Position numbers and translations under genes: made by a program. A DNA stretch of 63,876 bases, counting the filler, from Anaerolineae bacterium (GTDB taxonomy: Bacteria > Chloroflexota > Anaerolineae > Epilineales > Epilineaceae), in the NCBI GenBank assembly GCA_029262755.1. It is 6 parts of 6 records of this genome, joined end to end, with 100 filler letters (N's around TTAATTAATTAA, not from the genome) between each part and the next. Parts side by side here need not be neighbours in the genome. Positions count along the whole stretch, not along the records: positions 1 to 24,471 come from JAJCYU010000185.1; positions 24,572 to 31,172 come from JAJCYU010000189.1; 4 more parts are not named here. The stretch is one strand, 5' to 3'. Below, piece after piece: positions 18,493 through 29,300 of this stretch (the stretch's first letter is position 1; the number at the start of each line of letters is the position of its first letter). Under the pieces are notes generated by a model. That model did no database searches. It was not told the origin of the DNA and saw nothing but the letters and a program-made list of their open reading frames with translations.

Positions 18493-19572
18493 TCAACGGT
18501 GTCGCATAACCACAGGCAGATAGTTGACACCTACGCGAGGGCCGCTAAGTCCGGGACAGTCCAGCACCTGGACAGCAATCTCGTTGTTCGCCACGTTCGC
18601 CTCTCCCAACCGGCCGTCCGGGTCGATCGCGTATACGGCGGTGCCCGGCGCCCATTCGGCGTCCGCATGCACGACCTCGGCGCCGGCGGCGATCGGTCCG
18701 GGCACGCGAATTCGGCGTGGGGGCGTGCTCGACGCCTCGAGGATGACGTCGACCAGGACCGGATTGGCGCCGTTGTTGCGGAGGGTCACGTCCACGGCGC
18801 CCGTGGCGCAGTTGGTGATGGCATCGCCTGCCAAATCTACGGGGCCGTCCAACCCGACCGGTTGGTATGCAAGCCGCAGACGGGGCGGAGAGACGGATTC
18901 TCGACTGCCAACCGTGAGATTCCAACCGAAGATCTCCACCTCATGTCCGAACGGGTCGGCTCGTAGTGCGAACCCATTCCTTGCGGCATCGCTGTTGGCG
19001 TGACGCCCGAGCAAGGCGAACACATCGAGCTGCACCGTACCGCATCCTGTTTGGGCCGGGTCGGGACACGGCCCCCATGCAAAACGCCCCACCACTTTGT
19101 CTCCGGCTTGCACCGGTACATCCGGACCGAAAAGCGACTCTTCCTGCCACGCCTCGCCGAGGGCTTGTACTTCGATCGCCATCGTTCCCGTCGTGGGGAT
19201 GGGCGGTTGGTAGGGATGGAGGGCGACGTTCAAAACGCTCAGCTCGAGGTCGGCCAACACGAGGAAGGTATCCGGCGCGGGCGTTGGTAGCTCGAAGCGC
19301 ATGTACGCCACATCCCGCGTGCTGCCGACGTGATTGAAGCCCAGCGAGAGCGTGTCGTCGCTCCCCTTCGGCCTCGGCGTAGCGGTTGCTCGTGTCGACG
19401 ACGTTGGGAGCGGTGCGCCCTGCACCGTGACAAACGTGTCCGCTACGGGCACGATGCGGGTTCGATTCCACGGATTCTGTGCGCGCCCGGCCGGTTCGAG
19501 AGCGCGCGCGCCGTCAACGAGGGCGCACACGAGTGTCAGCGCGATCGCCCACGGACGGAGAGTTGGTCGCAT
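18493..19572 (-). CDS. Secreted protein with DNRLRE/CBM96-like and CARDB-like domains, C-terminal NYLPVVMRHR
   Basis: Signal peptide; PVADTFV...YMRFEL...SRES...PRLRLAY; IDPDGRLGEANVANNE. Confidence 0.75.
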   Translation of the reverse strand: MRPTLRPWAIALTLVCALVDGARALEPAGRAQNPWNRTRIVPVADTFVTVQGAPLPTSSTRATATPRPKGSDDTLSLGFNHVGSTRDVAYMRFELPTPAPDTFLVLADLELSVLNVALHPYQPPIPTTGTMAIEVQALGEAWQEESLFGPDVPVQAGDKVVGRFAWGPCPDPAQTGCGTVQLDVFALLGRHANSDAARNGFALRADPFGHEVEIFGWNLTVGSRESVSPPRLRLAYQPVGLDGPVDLAGDAITNCATGAVDVTLRNNGANPVLVDVILEASSTPPRRIRVPGPIAAGAEVVHADAEWAPGTAVYAIDPDGRLGEANVANNEIAVQVLDCPGLSGPRVGVNYLPVVMRHR

Positions 19573-20688
19573 GCGCTGCCTCCATGTGGGGGCGTGAAGC
19601 CGGCGCTCTGCTCCCGGGAACTCGAGAGCATATGTGCCCCAGTTTGCACCTGTGACGACCGAAACTCTCTCGAACTACTCATCCGCGGTGGCCGAATTCA
19701 GAGACTGCAGTCGCTCGCGAAGTGCCCCAACGCGCTCCCGTGACGCCGAACCCCACCTTCCGTGAAGTGTACACGGAACATCAGGTGAAGTTCTCCGCGC
19801 CGCTGTACCGAGTCGGAGAGCATTCCGGCAAGCTAGACGAAGCCAGGAAGGGTAGTTCCGATTCGTCTAAGGGAAGGCCTTCGTCCCTAACTAGGATGAT
19901 TGGCCTTGCAAGGGGCATTTCGGCCGTAGATAGGGCGCAAACGGCCGCGGCGGCCCCGATTGACCGGGACCGCCGCGGATTCGTTCTTCGGTTGAGGGCG
20001 GAGGCTACACGTGAGCCACTCGGTCTTGACTAGCCTGGGCGGGCGGGCCGGCTGTCGCGATCCGGTCGTAGAGTCGATGGCCGGCGGATGGACGCTTGGC
20101 GCGTGCGACGTCGGCGCGTCGTTCTATGCGACCGAACGGAGCGAGGTTGCCGTCGCTCGATGCGCCATCCATGGACTCCGCCGCTTCGTCGCGCACGCCG
20201 ATGCGCAGCTCGCGTTGCGCGACGTCGGGGACGGGTAGTCGGAGTTGGACGCCTCGCAAAAAGCGCAGGGCAAGGGACGCGGCGCGCAGGAACTTGATCG
20301 AGCCGATCCTGTCGCGAAGTGCGAGTGTGAATTCGATTAGAGGCGCCATTTCGGGCTCCAGGTGCTGCGGGACGAGACCAACCAGCGTGGTTGCGGGAAG
20401 CCGTGGTATCGCTTCGTAGAGATCTAACGCGCGAGTACCGCCGGCGGTTCCCGCGGTGCCAGCGGTGCCCGTGGCAGACAACGAAGGCCCGAACCGTCGG
20501 ACGACCGAGACGCACGGCAGCAGTGGGCACGTTAGCAGTGGGCACGGTTGGATCGTGGGTATTCGGGCCGTTTCAGCGAGAAGTCGACGGGGGAGCGCCT
20601 GTCGCGCGCGGGTAGCGTTGGTGCTGGCTGCGATAGTCTCAAGTGGGACCGGACGTGCACGACTACGTGGAATGAGAGGGAGGGCAAA

Positions 20689-22239
20689 TTGCTTCGTGAG
20701 GGGGCGGACGGGGCGCACCACCCCGTTGGCGCGCTTGGTTCGCGCTGGGTCCTGCCGGGAGTCCTCGTCGCCCTGATCTCTCTTGCAGGCTGCTCGCAAA
20801 CTCCCTTGGGCACACCAGTCGCAAAGGAGCTGTACGGGCAGAAAGGCTCGCGTGTCGCGGACGAACGGCCTGCGCTGGAGTACGACTCCCCCTCGATGGA
20901 TGGGGTTACCGGTGCCATCACCCCTTCTTCGTTGCCGAGACCGACCGTCCGGCTCCGGCCCACGTCATCCCGCACGGCGACCTCAGCCCCGCCGGCCGTC
21001 TTGGACCTGCCTCCTGCTACGCCCGTTTCTGGTGAGCGGGCGCCGGTCACCCTAACCCTCGAAGACGCCGAGCGCCGGGCGGTGGCCCTGACGATCCCGC
21101 TCAATGCAGCTCGGGTGGAACGGTCAGGCCACATCGGCCGCGATGCGTTTGTGAGCGCTCTCGGTTCGGAACGTGGGGTCGAGCTTGACGTCGATCGATA
21201 TGGACACAGCTACGTAGTGTTCGAGGAGGATGAGATCGAAGAGCCGATCATCGTCGTGGAGGTGTCCCGGCGTGGATTCAGCTTTCCCGATGATCGATGT
21301 CCGATCGACAGTTCCCCATCCGCCCGCGACCTCGTTACGACATTTTTCTCGGCGCGCTCCGGTGACATATTCGGGCATTCTCTGGGGAGCGTGCAGGTAT
21401 GGGACCAGGAATCGGTCTGGGACGGTCCTATGCTCTATGAAACGCCGACGCCGACTTCGACTTCGACTACGGACTCAAGTTCGGTGGATGAGGCAGCACT
21501 CAACGTCGAGACGCCGTTGCACAATCAGCCGGAGCCGGCCACAGTGAATGGATGGCACCGGCCGCGGCCTCTTGCCAAGGGGGAGTATCCCGCCGGTGTG
21601 CGCGACATGATCGCTGCCGTACCGCTGACCGTCGGGAGCACGTGGCGTTACCGGAGAGTCAGTGTATCCAATGGTGTCGAATGGGAGGAGGGCACGGTGT
21701 CGGCAACCATCGCAGCCGGCTGGCGATGGACCGACGATGTCATGGAGGTCTCCTTCCAGCACGAAGGGGCTACGCCCTGGATTGGCTGGGGAGAGCCGCG
21801 ATTCATCCTGCCGCGCAGCGTCTTGCCGCGCCAATTGCCTGGCTCACTTCGAGACTCTCAAGTCCCTTCAGCCAACCCTGCTCTTGCCTTGGACACGCTT
21901 ACCGAAGCAATCAATAACTTGCGCGAACAAGAGCGCAGGTGGACGGAACAAGACGAGGATCCCATCGAGATCATGCGTCTGCCGGTCGAAGCCGGTCGCG
22001 AGGCGAATTACTGGTTCGCCTTCGAGGCGCGGGAGACCGTTACAGTGGGGGCCGGAACATTCCCCGGCTGCTTTCGCATTCGCGAGATCCTTAGCGCCGG
22101 ATGGACTGCACTCCACTGGTTCTGCCCGGGCGTCGGTTTCGCACGGCACCACATTCTTGGAGGAGGAGGCGCTGGGTTAGGATGCTCCGTCTTCGAACTC
22201 GAAGCATATGACCTGCCATGGAGGGTCCCTGTCCGGTGA
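20689..22239 (+). CDS. Putative lipoprotein of unknown function
   Basis: TTG after GAGGGAGG; lipobox LISLAGC; Pro/Thr linkers; C-terminal PLTVGSTWRY...ETVTVGAGTFPGC...WFCPGVG domain. Start uncertain. Confidence 0.65.
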   Translation: MLREGADGAHHPVGALGSRWVLPGVLVALISLAGCSQTPLGTPVAKELYGQKGSRVADERPALEYDSPSMDGVTGAITPSSLPRPTVRLRPTSSRTATSAPPAVLDLPPATPVSGERAPVTLTLEDAERRAVALTIPLNAARVERSGHIGRDAFVSALGSERGVELDVDRYGHSYVVFEEDEIEEPIIVVEVSRRGFSFPDDRCPIDSSPSARDLVTTFFSARSGDIFGHSLGSVQVWDQESVWDGPMLYETPTPTSTSTTDSSSVDEAALNVETPLHNQPEPATVNGWHRPRPLAKGEYPAGVRDMIAAVPLTVGSTWRYRRVSVSNGVEWEEGTVSATIAAGWRWTDDVMEVSFQHEGATPWIGWGEPRFILPRSVLPRQLPGSLRDSQVPSANPALALDTLTEAINNLREQERRWTEQDEDPIEIMRLPVEAGREANYWFAFEARETVTVGAGTFPGCFRIREILSAGWTALHWFCPGVGFARHHILGGGGAGLGCSVFELEAYDLPWRVPVR

Positions 22240-22349
22240 ACCTGCGTGACACCGTTGTTGGTCATTGGCACATGGCCTCGAGTGTGTCGAGCTGTTTGTG
22301 CCCGGCTTCGGGGGCGCCCACCTGTCCGGCCGCTGCGAGCACCTAGGGC

Positions 22350-22589
22350 TCAACAATCTCGCCCGCGATACGGGTTCCTGGACGCGAGCAACGCTTCCAG
22401 CAGGCCCTCATTGCGCCCATCGCCCCGGAGGGCGCCGATTGGGTCGCTGGGCAACGGGACGATCTGGATCGACTCACCGTCGTCGATCCAGCACAGCCGA
22501 TCGCCGGCCTCAATCCCGTATTTCCTCCGGATCTCGGCGGGAATCGCCGTTCGACCCCGTTGTGAGACCGTCGTTTCCGAGCGCTTCAT
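22350..22589 (-). CDS. AbrB/MazE/SpoVT-type antitoxin-like DNA-binding protein
   Basis: TTVSQRGRTAIPAEIRRKYGIEAGDRL signature. Confidence 0.85.
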   Translation of the reverse strand: MKRSETTVSQRGRTAIPAEIRRKYGIEAGDRLCWIDDGESIQIVPLPSDPIGALRGDGRNEGLLEALLASRNPYRGRDC

Positions 22590-22661
22590 AGCTTGGCCCT
22601 TGGGAATTGCCGCCTACACCGGATTCGGTGCAGGGTCCGGTGTTCCATCGAGATGCCGGCA

Positions 22662-24471
22662 CTACCCCATCCCCGCGACCCGCTCCTCCAACGCCGCCAC
22701 CCGCGCCTCCGCCTCCGCCAAACGGTCGCGCTCGCGCTGTACCACCGGTTCCGGGGCGCGGGAGGTGAAGTTTTCGTTGGCGAGCACTTTGGTCAGGCGC
22801 GTCACCTCGCCGCGGGCTGCTTCCAGCTCGCCCTCGAGGCGTTCGCGTTCTTGGACGAGGTCAACCATTCCGGCCAGGGGCAGCCAGGCTTCCACGCCGC
22901 CCTCGGCTACCACGGAGGCGTGCGCGTCGTCGGGGGCCGCGGGGGAGGCCTCGATCGTCAGCGCATCGCGGTCCAGGCGCGCCAGGCTGGCCAGGGTGCC
23001 CGCCTGGTCGGCGAGCATCGCGGTGCGGTCGCCGCCGCGGATGGTTGCCGCGATCTTGCGACCGGGCGCCACGTCGTACTCGGCGCGGGCGTTGCGCATG
23101 CCGCGCACGAGATCGCGCACGAGGTCGAAGTCCGCCACGGCCGTCTCGTCGACCGTGGCCGGCTCGGGCCAGCGGGCGACGATCAGGCCGGGGCCGTCGC
23201 CTTCGCGCGCCGGCAGGTGGCCCCAAATGGCCTCGGTCACGAAGGGCATGAAGGGGTGGAGCAGGCGCATGGTTTGCTCGAGCACGAGGTAGAGCACCTG
23301 GCGCGTGGTTTCTGCGGCCACGGGGTCGTCGCCGTACATCCGGTCCTTGGCGGCTTCGAGGTACCAGTCGGCCAGCTCGCTCCAGGCGAAGTCGTAGAGT
23401 TGGCGTCCGGCCTCGCCCAGCTGCCAGCGTTCGAGCAGGTCGGTTGACTTGGCCGTCACCTGGGAGAGGCGGGAGAGGATCCAGCGGTCGGCCAAGGCGA
23501 GGCCGTCTGACGTGGCGGAGAGGTCGGCGCGCGGCGTGAAGTCATCGCCCAGCTGGCTGATCACGAAGCGGCCCATGTTCCACAGTTTGTTGGCGAAGTT
23601 GCGGCTGCCTGCCAGGCGCTCGTCGGTGAGCTTCATGTCCACGCCGGGCGTGGAGCCGGTGACGAGCGTGAAGCGCAGGGCATCGGTGCCGTAGTCGGCG
23701 ATCAGCTCGAGCGGGTCCTTGGCGTTGCCGAGGCTCTTGGACATCTTGCGGCCGTCCGCGTCGCGCACGAGGCCGTGCAGGTACACCCACTTGAAGGGCA
23801 CCTCGCCGGTCAGCTCGAGGCCCATCATGATCATGCGGGCCACCCAGAAGAAGAGGATGTCGTAGCCCGTCTCGAGCATCGTGGTGGGGTAGAAGCGCTT
23901 GAAGTCGGCCGTCTCCTCCGGCCAACCCAGGGTCGAGAAGGGCCACAGTGCCGAGCTGAACCACGTGTCCAGCACGTCCTCGTCCTGGCGCAGGGGGGTC
24001 TCCTCCCCTTCCGCCCAGCCGTAATGCGCCCGCGCCTTGTCCGCCGCCTCCTCCGCCGTCACGGCGGTGAAGGGCGTCTCGTCGGGGCCATACCACACCG
24101 GGATGCGGTGGCCCCACCAGAGCTGGCGGCTGATCACCCAGTCGCGGATGTTCTCGAGCCAGTGGAAGAACTCGCGCTCGAAGCGCTGGGGCACGAACTG
24201 CGTGCGGCCTTCGCGAACGGCTGCCATTGCCTGCTCGGCGAGCGGCTCCATCTTCACGAACCACTGCTCGGACACGAGCGGCTCGATCGGCGACTTGCTG
24301 CGATCGCTGACCGACACGTTGTGCGTGATCGAGGACTCACCGTCGAAGAGGTCGAGCTCCTTGAGCGCCGCGAGCACCTTCTTGCGCGCCTCCTCGCGCG
24401 GCATGCCCGCATAGGCACCCGCCGTCTCGGACAACGTGCCGTCCTTCTCGAGGATGTTGATGATCGGGAGG
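22662..24471 (-). CDS. valS: Valine--tRNA ligase (5'-truncated by contig edge)
   Basis: DWVISRQLWWGHRIP, DVLDTWFSSALWPF, KMSKS, C-terminal coiled coil NENFTSRAPEPVV. Confidence 0.97.
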
Positions 24472-24571
24472 NNNNNNNNNNNNNNNNNNNNNNNNNNNNN
24501 NNNNNNNNNNNNNNNTTAATTAATTAANNNNNNNNNNNNNNNNNNNNNNNNNNNNNNNNNNNNNNNNNNNN
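24472..24571. other. Artificial contig linker
   Basis: 44 N + TTAATTAATTAA (stops in all six frames) + 44 N. Confidence 0.98.
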
Positions 24572-25788
24572 TCGAAGAGGTTGCCGTAGCGATCCTCGAT
24601 CATGCGGCGTCCCAGACGCGCGATGGCGTCCTTGAAGTCCAAGTAGACCCCGTTTTGCAACGGCCCGACACCGTGCCCGGCGTCCACGACGGCCTTCGCA
24701 GCGCGGGAGGCAATGTCGCGCGGTACCAGGTTGCCGAAGCTCGGATACTTCTCTTCCAGATAGTACCAACGCTCTGCGTCGGGAATGTCCCCCGGCGCAC
24801 GGCGGTCGCCCGCGTCCCGTGGCACCCAGATGCGGCCGTCGTTGCGTAGCGATTCGCTCATCAACGTCAGCTTCGACTGATGCTCGCCCGAAGGAGGGAT
24901 ACATGTTGGATGGATCTGGGTGAAGCACGGGTTGGCGAAGAAGGCCCCCCGCTTGTGGGCGCGCCAGATCGCGGTGGCATTGCAACCCTTGGCGTTCGTG
25001 GATAGGTAAAACGCGTTACCGTAGCCGCCCGTCGCAAGCACCACCGCGTCCGCGGAATGCGTGCGGATCTCGCCGCTAACCATGTCACGCACGACGATCC
25101 CGCGCGCCTGGCCCTCGGACACCACGATGTCGAGCATCTCGGTGCGCGGATGCATGGTTACGGTGCCGGCGTTGATCTGCCGGGAAAGCGCCTGGTAGGC
25201 ACCGAGCAACAGCTGCTGCCCGGTCTGACCGCGCGCATAAAACGTGCGCGAAACCTGGGCTCCGCCGAAAGAACGGTTGTCCAAGGTGCCGCCGTATTCG
25301 CGGGCGAAGGGCACGCCCTGCGCCACACATTGGTCGATGATCTCGTTCGAGACTTGGGCGAGCCGGTATACGTTCGATTCGCGCGAACGAAAGTCGCCGC
25401 CCTTTACCGTGTCGTAGAAGAGCCGAAAGATGCTGTCGCCGTCATTCTGATAGGACTTGGCCGCGTTGATGCCGCCTTGCGCTGCCACGCTATGTGCACG
25501 GCGCGCGCTGTCTTGATAGCAGAACACCCGAACGTTGTATCCGAGCTCGCCCATCGTGGCTGCTGCGGATGCGCCGGCCAAGCCCGATCCGACAACGATG
25601 ACCTCGTACTTGCGCTTGTTCGCCGGGTTGACCAGCTTGAAGTCGAAGCGCGCCTTGTCCCAGCGGCGCTCGATCGGACCGTCGGGCACCTTGGCGTCCA
25701 GCATGGGCGAACCTGCGGGCCCCGTCTGCGCGGCCTGCCCGGGTCCTGCCGTTTGTGACTCGGTCATGGAGGGCGTGTCCTTGGTCAT
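24572..25788 (-). CDS. sdhA: Succinate dehydrogenase/fumarate reductase flavoprotein subunit (3'-truncated)
   Basis: [22 protein letters not shown] (FAD-His), [20 protein letters not shown] overlap with sdhC. Confidence 0.95.
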
Positions 25789-26483
25789 CACGTGACGTAG
25801 CCGAAGAGCACGGAGAGCGGCACGACCGCGAAGCCGACCACGACCACGATCGCCAGGGCCAACGCGCCGCGGCGGACCCAGAGGTCCGTGCGACGGTCCA
25901 GCAGGCCCAAGGTCTGGAAGAGGCTCCACGTGCCGTGATAGAGGTGTAAGCCCAAGGCGACCAGCGCGACCATGTAGAAGCCGACGACCGGTGCGGACTG
26001 GAAGCTCGCAAGCACGTTCGCGTAGGCATCGTGCTTGATGAAATCGGGGCTGACGGCTGCCACGCCCCAGGTGAGGTCCGCCAGATGGTAGAGCAGGAAC
26101 AGGGCGATCATCGTGCCGCCGTAGCGCATCGTGATCGCCGCGTAGTCGGCCTCCATACGCCGCGTCACCGCGTAGCGCGTCGTCCGAGCCGCCCGCGCTT
26201 GCCGGGTCAATGAGATCGCGGACCACACGTGGAGCACAATGGCCACGATGAGGCCGGAGCGCATGACCGTTAGCAAATGCAATCGTCCGAAGAGGGGGGC
26301 GCCGAGGTGGCGCAACCCTTCGGCGTAGGCGTTGAAGTACTCGGCGCCGACAAAGATCTTCAGGTTGCCGTACATGTGGAACGTGACGAAGCCGATCCAG
26401 ATCAACCCCGTCACGGCCATGATCGCTTTCTTGACGATCGTGGACGACCACGGAGATTTCTTCTCGGCCTGCGAATGGTCCAT
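25788..26483 (-). CDS. sdhC: Succinate dehydrogenase cytochrome b subunit
   Basis: KKAIMAVTG...HMYGNL, heme-ligand His residues, [15 protein letters not shown]; five TM helices. Confidence 0.92.
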   Translation of the reverse strand: MDHSQAEKKSPWSSTIVKKAIMAVTGLIWIGFVTFHMYGNLKIFVGAEYFNAYAEGLRHLGAPLFGRLHLLTVMRSGLIVAIVLHVWSAISLTRQARAARTTRYAVTRRMEADYAAITMRYGGTMIALFLLYHLADLTWGVAAVSPDFIKHDAYANVLASFQSAPVVGFYMVALVALGLHLYHGTWSLFQTLGLLDRRTDLWVRRGALALAIVVVVGFAVVPLSVLFGYVT

Positions 26484-26699
26484 CGGGTACCCCCCCTGGG
26501 GAGTGATGCGGACCTCAGGTAAAGGTAGCATCCCGAAGCGGCCCGCACGGTGCGATCCCACGCAGGATCCCGTCCAACAAGGGACGTGCGCATTACGGTC
26601 CGCGGGTGCGCCCGGGAGGATAGGACTTGCTGCGGAGGCCGTCAATGGTCCGCGGGTCGTTCAGGGCGGAGCTGCGGTTCGGATCCGCGATGTCCGATG

Positions 26700-28034
26700 T
26701 CAGCGCCGCGGGCGCAGCGCTATCGGCAGCCACACGGTTCCGACCGGCACCACGGGCTTCAAGCCGCCCCACGGCGAACGCGTTGCCGGGGCCGCGAGGG
26801 TCGGTAGCGCGGGCAGCTCGAGGGTTGCCGTCGGCGGGGCGGACGTGGCGTCTGGCGTTGAGGTGGCCGTGCCGGTTGTGGGTCCGGGTTCCGCCGTGGC
26901 GCTTGGCGGGGGTGACGCAGGTGCCGTGGGTGAGCCTTGCGGGGGCGCGCTTCCGGCGGCTCTACGTGGGGCCAGAGCCAAGGCTGCGTCAACGACCATT
27001 ACCGGTGTTGTTCGCTGCCAGGCTCCCGCGTGATCCGCTAGATGCTCTGCCGGATTCTGGTCGGCGAACGCCGCGGCGTTGTGCGCCGTGGCTGGCGTGA
27101 AGTAGCCGGCCAGAGCCGAAGGGGCATCGGGAACACCCACCGGGGGGAAGAGCGCATACGCATCGTGGCTGACCGCGCTGACGTCGTCATGGGCCGAGGG
27201 CGCCTCTCGGCAGCTATGCCGAAGGGCATCCGCGGGCGCTGCGCGTCCCGCGCCCCCTGCACCCGCGCTGTCGAGCAGAGGGTCCGCCACCTCGATGCGG
27301 CTGCCGTCGGCTGCGGCGCCCGCGAGCGCAACGTAGTGGCCGCCGACTCGGCGCCACGACTCGCCCTGTTGCTCCCACATGCCCAGTAGCACCAGCACGC
27401 CGGCCTCAGCTGCGACCTGCTCGGCGAACCAGGCTCCGTCCGGACGGATGCGCGACGTGATCCCAAAATCGGCCGCGAGCCGCCTGCGCTCGACATAATC
27501 TCGTGTGGCCGTCACCATCTCCGACCACTCCGTGCCGCGCAACCGCTGCGTACGGCCCCCACCATCCGTCCCGGCGCGCGCCGCGATCTCGCGCACGAGT
27601 GGTCCGATGTTTTGGGCATCGTGGTCATCCGGCGCCGGACCAAAGACAGGGTATGCGGTCACAAGGGGATAGCCGTCCGCCGCTCGGTCGGGGGGCGTTG
27701 GCGCCGGCTCCGCGCGTGAATCGAGCCACCACAGGACGTCGGCCAGGGCGACCGGACCGGCGTAGGTCCACTGCGCCGGTGCATCCGGACCAGCCGCGGC
27801 GCGGCTCCACTCCGCGCGACACTGGGAGATGTCCGGCATTCCGCTTGGCGCGTAGTCGACGAGGCCGCCGAGCAGACGAACGACCTCGACGTCCGCGGTG
27901 GCGTCCGCATACGCCGCGCTTGGGCCGCTCGCGACAACCATGCAGATCAACGTTGTCGCCAGCCGGCGAAGTCGTACCCTCCAAAAGCAATGGCAGGATC
28001 GGATGGGTGTGGAACGCCGAGCAGTCTGCACCAT
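26700..28034 (-). CDS. Secreted C39-like peptidase-fold protein (Ala at the expected catalytic Cys), C-terminal VWLPIALRPRR
   Basis: DYAPSGMPDISQ, WTYAGPVALADVLWW, GGHYVALAG, IEVADP; Pro/Thr linker; start uncertain. Confidence 0.6.
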   Translation of the reverse strand: MVQTARRSTPIRSCHCFWRVRLRRLATTLICMVVASGPSAAYADATADVEVVRLLGGLVDYAPSGMPDISQCRAEWSRAAAGPDAPAQWTYAGPVALADVLWWLDSRAEPAPTPPDRAADGYPLVTAYPVFGPAPDDHDAQNIGPLVREIAARAGTDGGGRTQRLRGTEWSEMVTATRDYVERRRLAADFGITSRIRPDGAWFAEQVAAEAGVLVLLGMWEQQGESWRRVGGHYVALAGAAADGSRIEVADPLLDSAGAGGAGRAAPADALRHSCREAPSAHDDVSAVSHDAYALFPPVGVPDAPSALAGYFTPATAHNAAAFADQNPAEHLADHAGAWQRTTPVMVVDAALALAPRRAAGSAPPQGSPTAPASPPPSATAEPGPTTGTATSTPDATSAPPTATLELPALPTLAAPATRSPWGGLKPVVPVGTVWLPIALRPRR

Positions 28035-28147
28035 GGTGGGGGCCTCGTTTCGGCATGAATCGTTGACCGGCCGGCGCCGGCTTCCTATGCTACGAACGGA
28101 ACCTGCGCCGCCTTGTTACGGCGTGCGCCACCAGGGATCAATCGAAC

Positions 28148-29179
28148 ATGGACACCCAGCCCGAGAATTCCGAGGACAACGCACCGGTCGAGCCCCGCTC
28201 GGATCCTTCGAAACCGAACGAGGAAGTGCTGCCCGATGACGCGGCGGAGGTCCTTGCGCGCATCCTCGGCAAGCGACCGCCGCCGGAGGCAGGCGAACAC
28301 CGCTCCGGCTTCGTCGCCTTGGTCGGTCGGCCGAATGTCGGGAAGAGCACGATCCTCAACGCCTTGGTGGGCACAAAGGTGGCGATCACGTCCCATCGTC
28401 CACAGACGACGCGCCGACGAATCCTCGGCATCCGCGCCACGCCCGAGGCGCAGGCCATCTTCGTGGACACGCCCGGCATCCATCGGCCGAAGGACGCGTT
28501 GGGCCGGTCCATGCTGCGCGCCGCGCGTGGTGCGATTCCCGACGCCGACGTGGTCGTGTGGGTCGTGGATGTCTCCACACCGCCCGGCGGTATGGATCGA
28601 TCCGTGGCGTCCGTCCTGTGCCGCAGCGAACGCCCGATCGTCCTCGCGCTCAACAAGAGCGACAAGCTCCGTCCGGAGCTGGTCGCGGAACGAACGGAGG
28701 TCTATCGCGCGCTCGTGGACGACACGCCCGATTGGATGCTGACCATCGCCACTACGGGCCATAGCCTCGAGCGACTGTGGGAGCTGATCGTGGCGCACTT
28801 GCCGCCCGGTCCGCCGCTCTACCCGGAAGACCAGTTCACCGATCAGAGCGAGCGTATGCTGGTGGCCGAGTTGATCCGCGAAGCGGCCCTCCACGTCCTC
28901 CACCAGGAGGTGCCCTACGGCCTCGAGGTGGTCGTCGAGGAGTGGCAGCAGCGCGAGGACGGTTTGATCTCGATCGGAGCGCGCCTGATCGTCGAGCACG
29001 ACCGGCACAAGGGCATCGTCATCGGCAAGCGCGGACGAACGCTCAAACGCATCGGGACCCGCTCGCGGCGCGAGATTGAGTTGCTCTTGGCCGAGCACGT
29101 CTATATGGATCTCTTCGTGAGCGTGCGCGAGGACTGGCGCCGAAAGGAACGAGACGTCCAACGGCTCGGCTACGACTGA
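28148..29179 (+). CDS. era: GTPase Era
   Basis: GRPNVGKST, QTTR, DTPG, NKSD, KH domain with VIGKRG. Confidence 0.96.
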   Translation: MDTQPENSEDNAPVEPRSDPSKPNEEVLPDDAAEVLARILGKRPPPEAGEHRSGFVALVGRPNVGKSTILNALVGTKVAITSHRPQTTRRRILGIRATPEAQAIFVDTPGIHRPKDALGRSMLRAARGAIPDADVVVWVVDVSTPPGGMDRSVASVLCRSERPIVLALNKSDKLRPELVAERTEVYRALVDDTPDWMLTIATTGHSLERLWELIVAHLPPGPPLYPEDQFTDQSERMLVAELIREAALHVLHQEVPYGLEVVVEEWQQREDGLISIGARLIVEHDRHKGIVIGKRGRTLKRIGTRSRREIELLLAEHVYMDLFVSVREDWRRKERDVQRLGYD

Positions 29180-29300
29180 GCAGGGCTCGTCGGTCGACGC
29201 TCGGCGGACTGGGGTCGGGAATCGAGGTCGGGATCACAGACCCTCGTGCGCGTGCCGGCCGGCAGGAGCCACGTTCCAACGGTGGAAGGAACGGCGCGAC

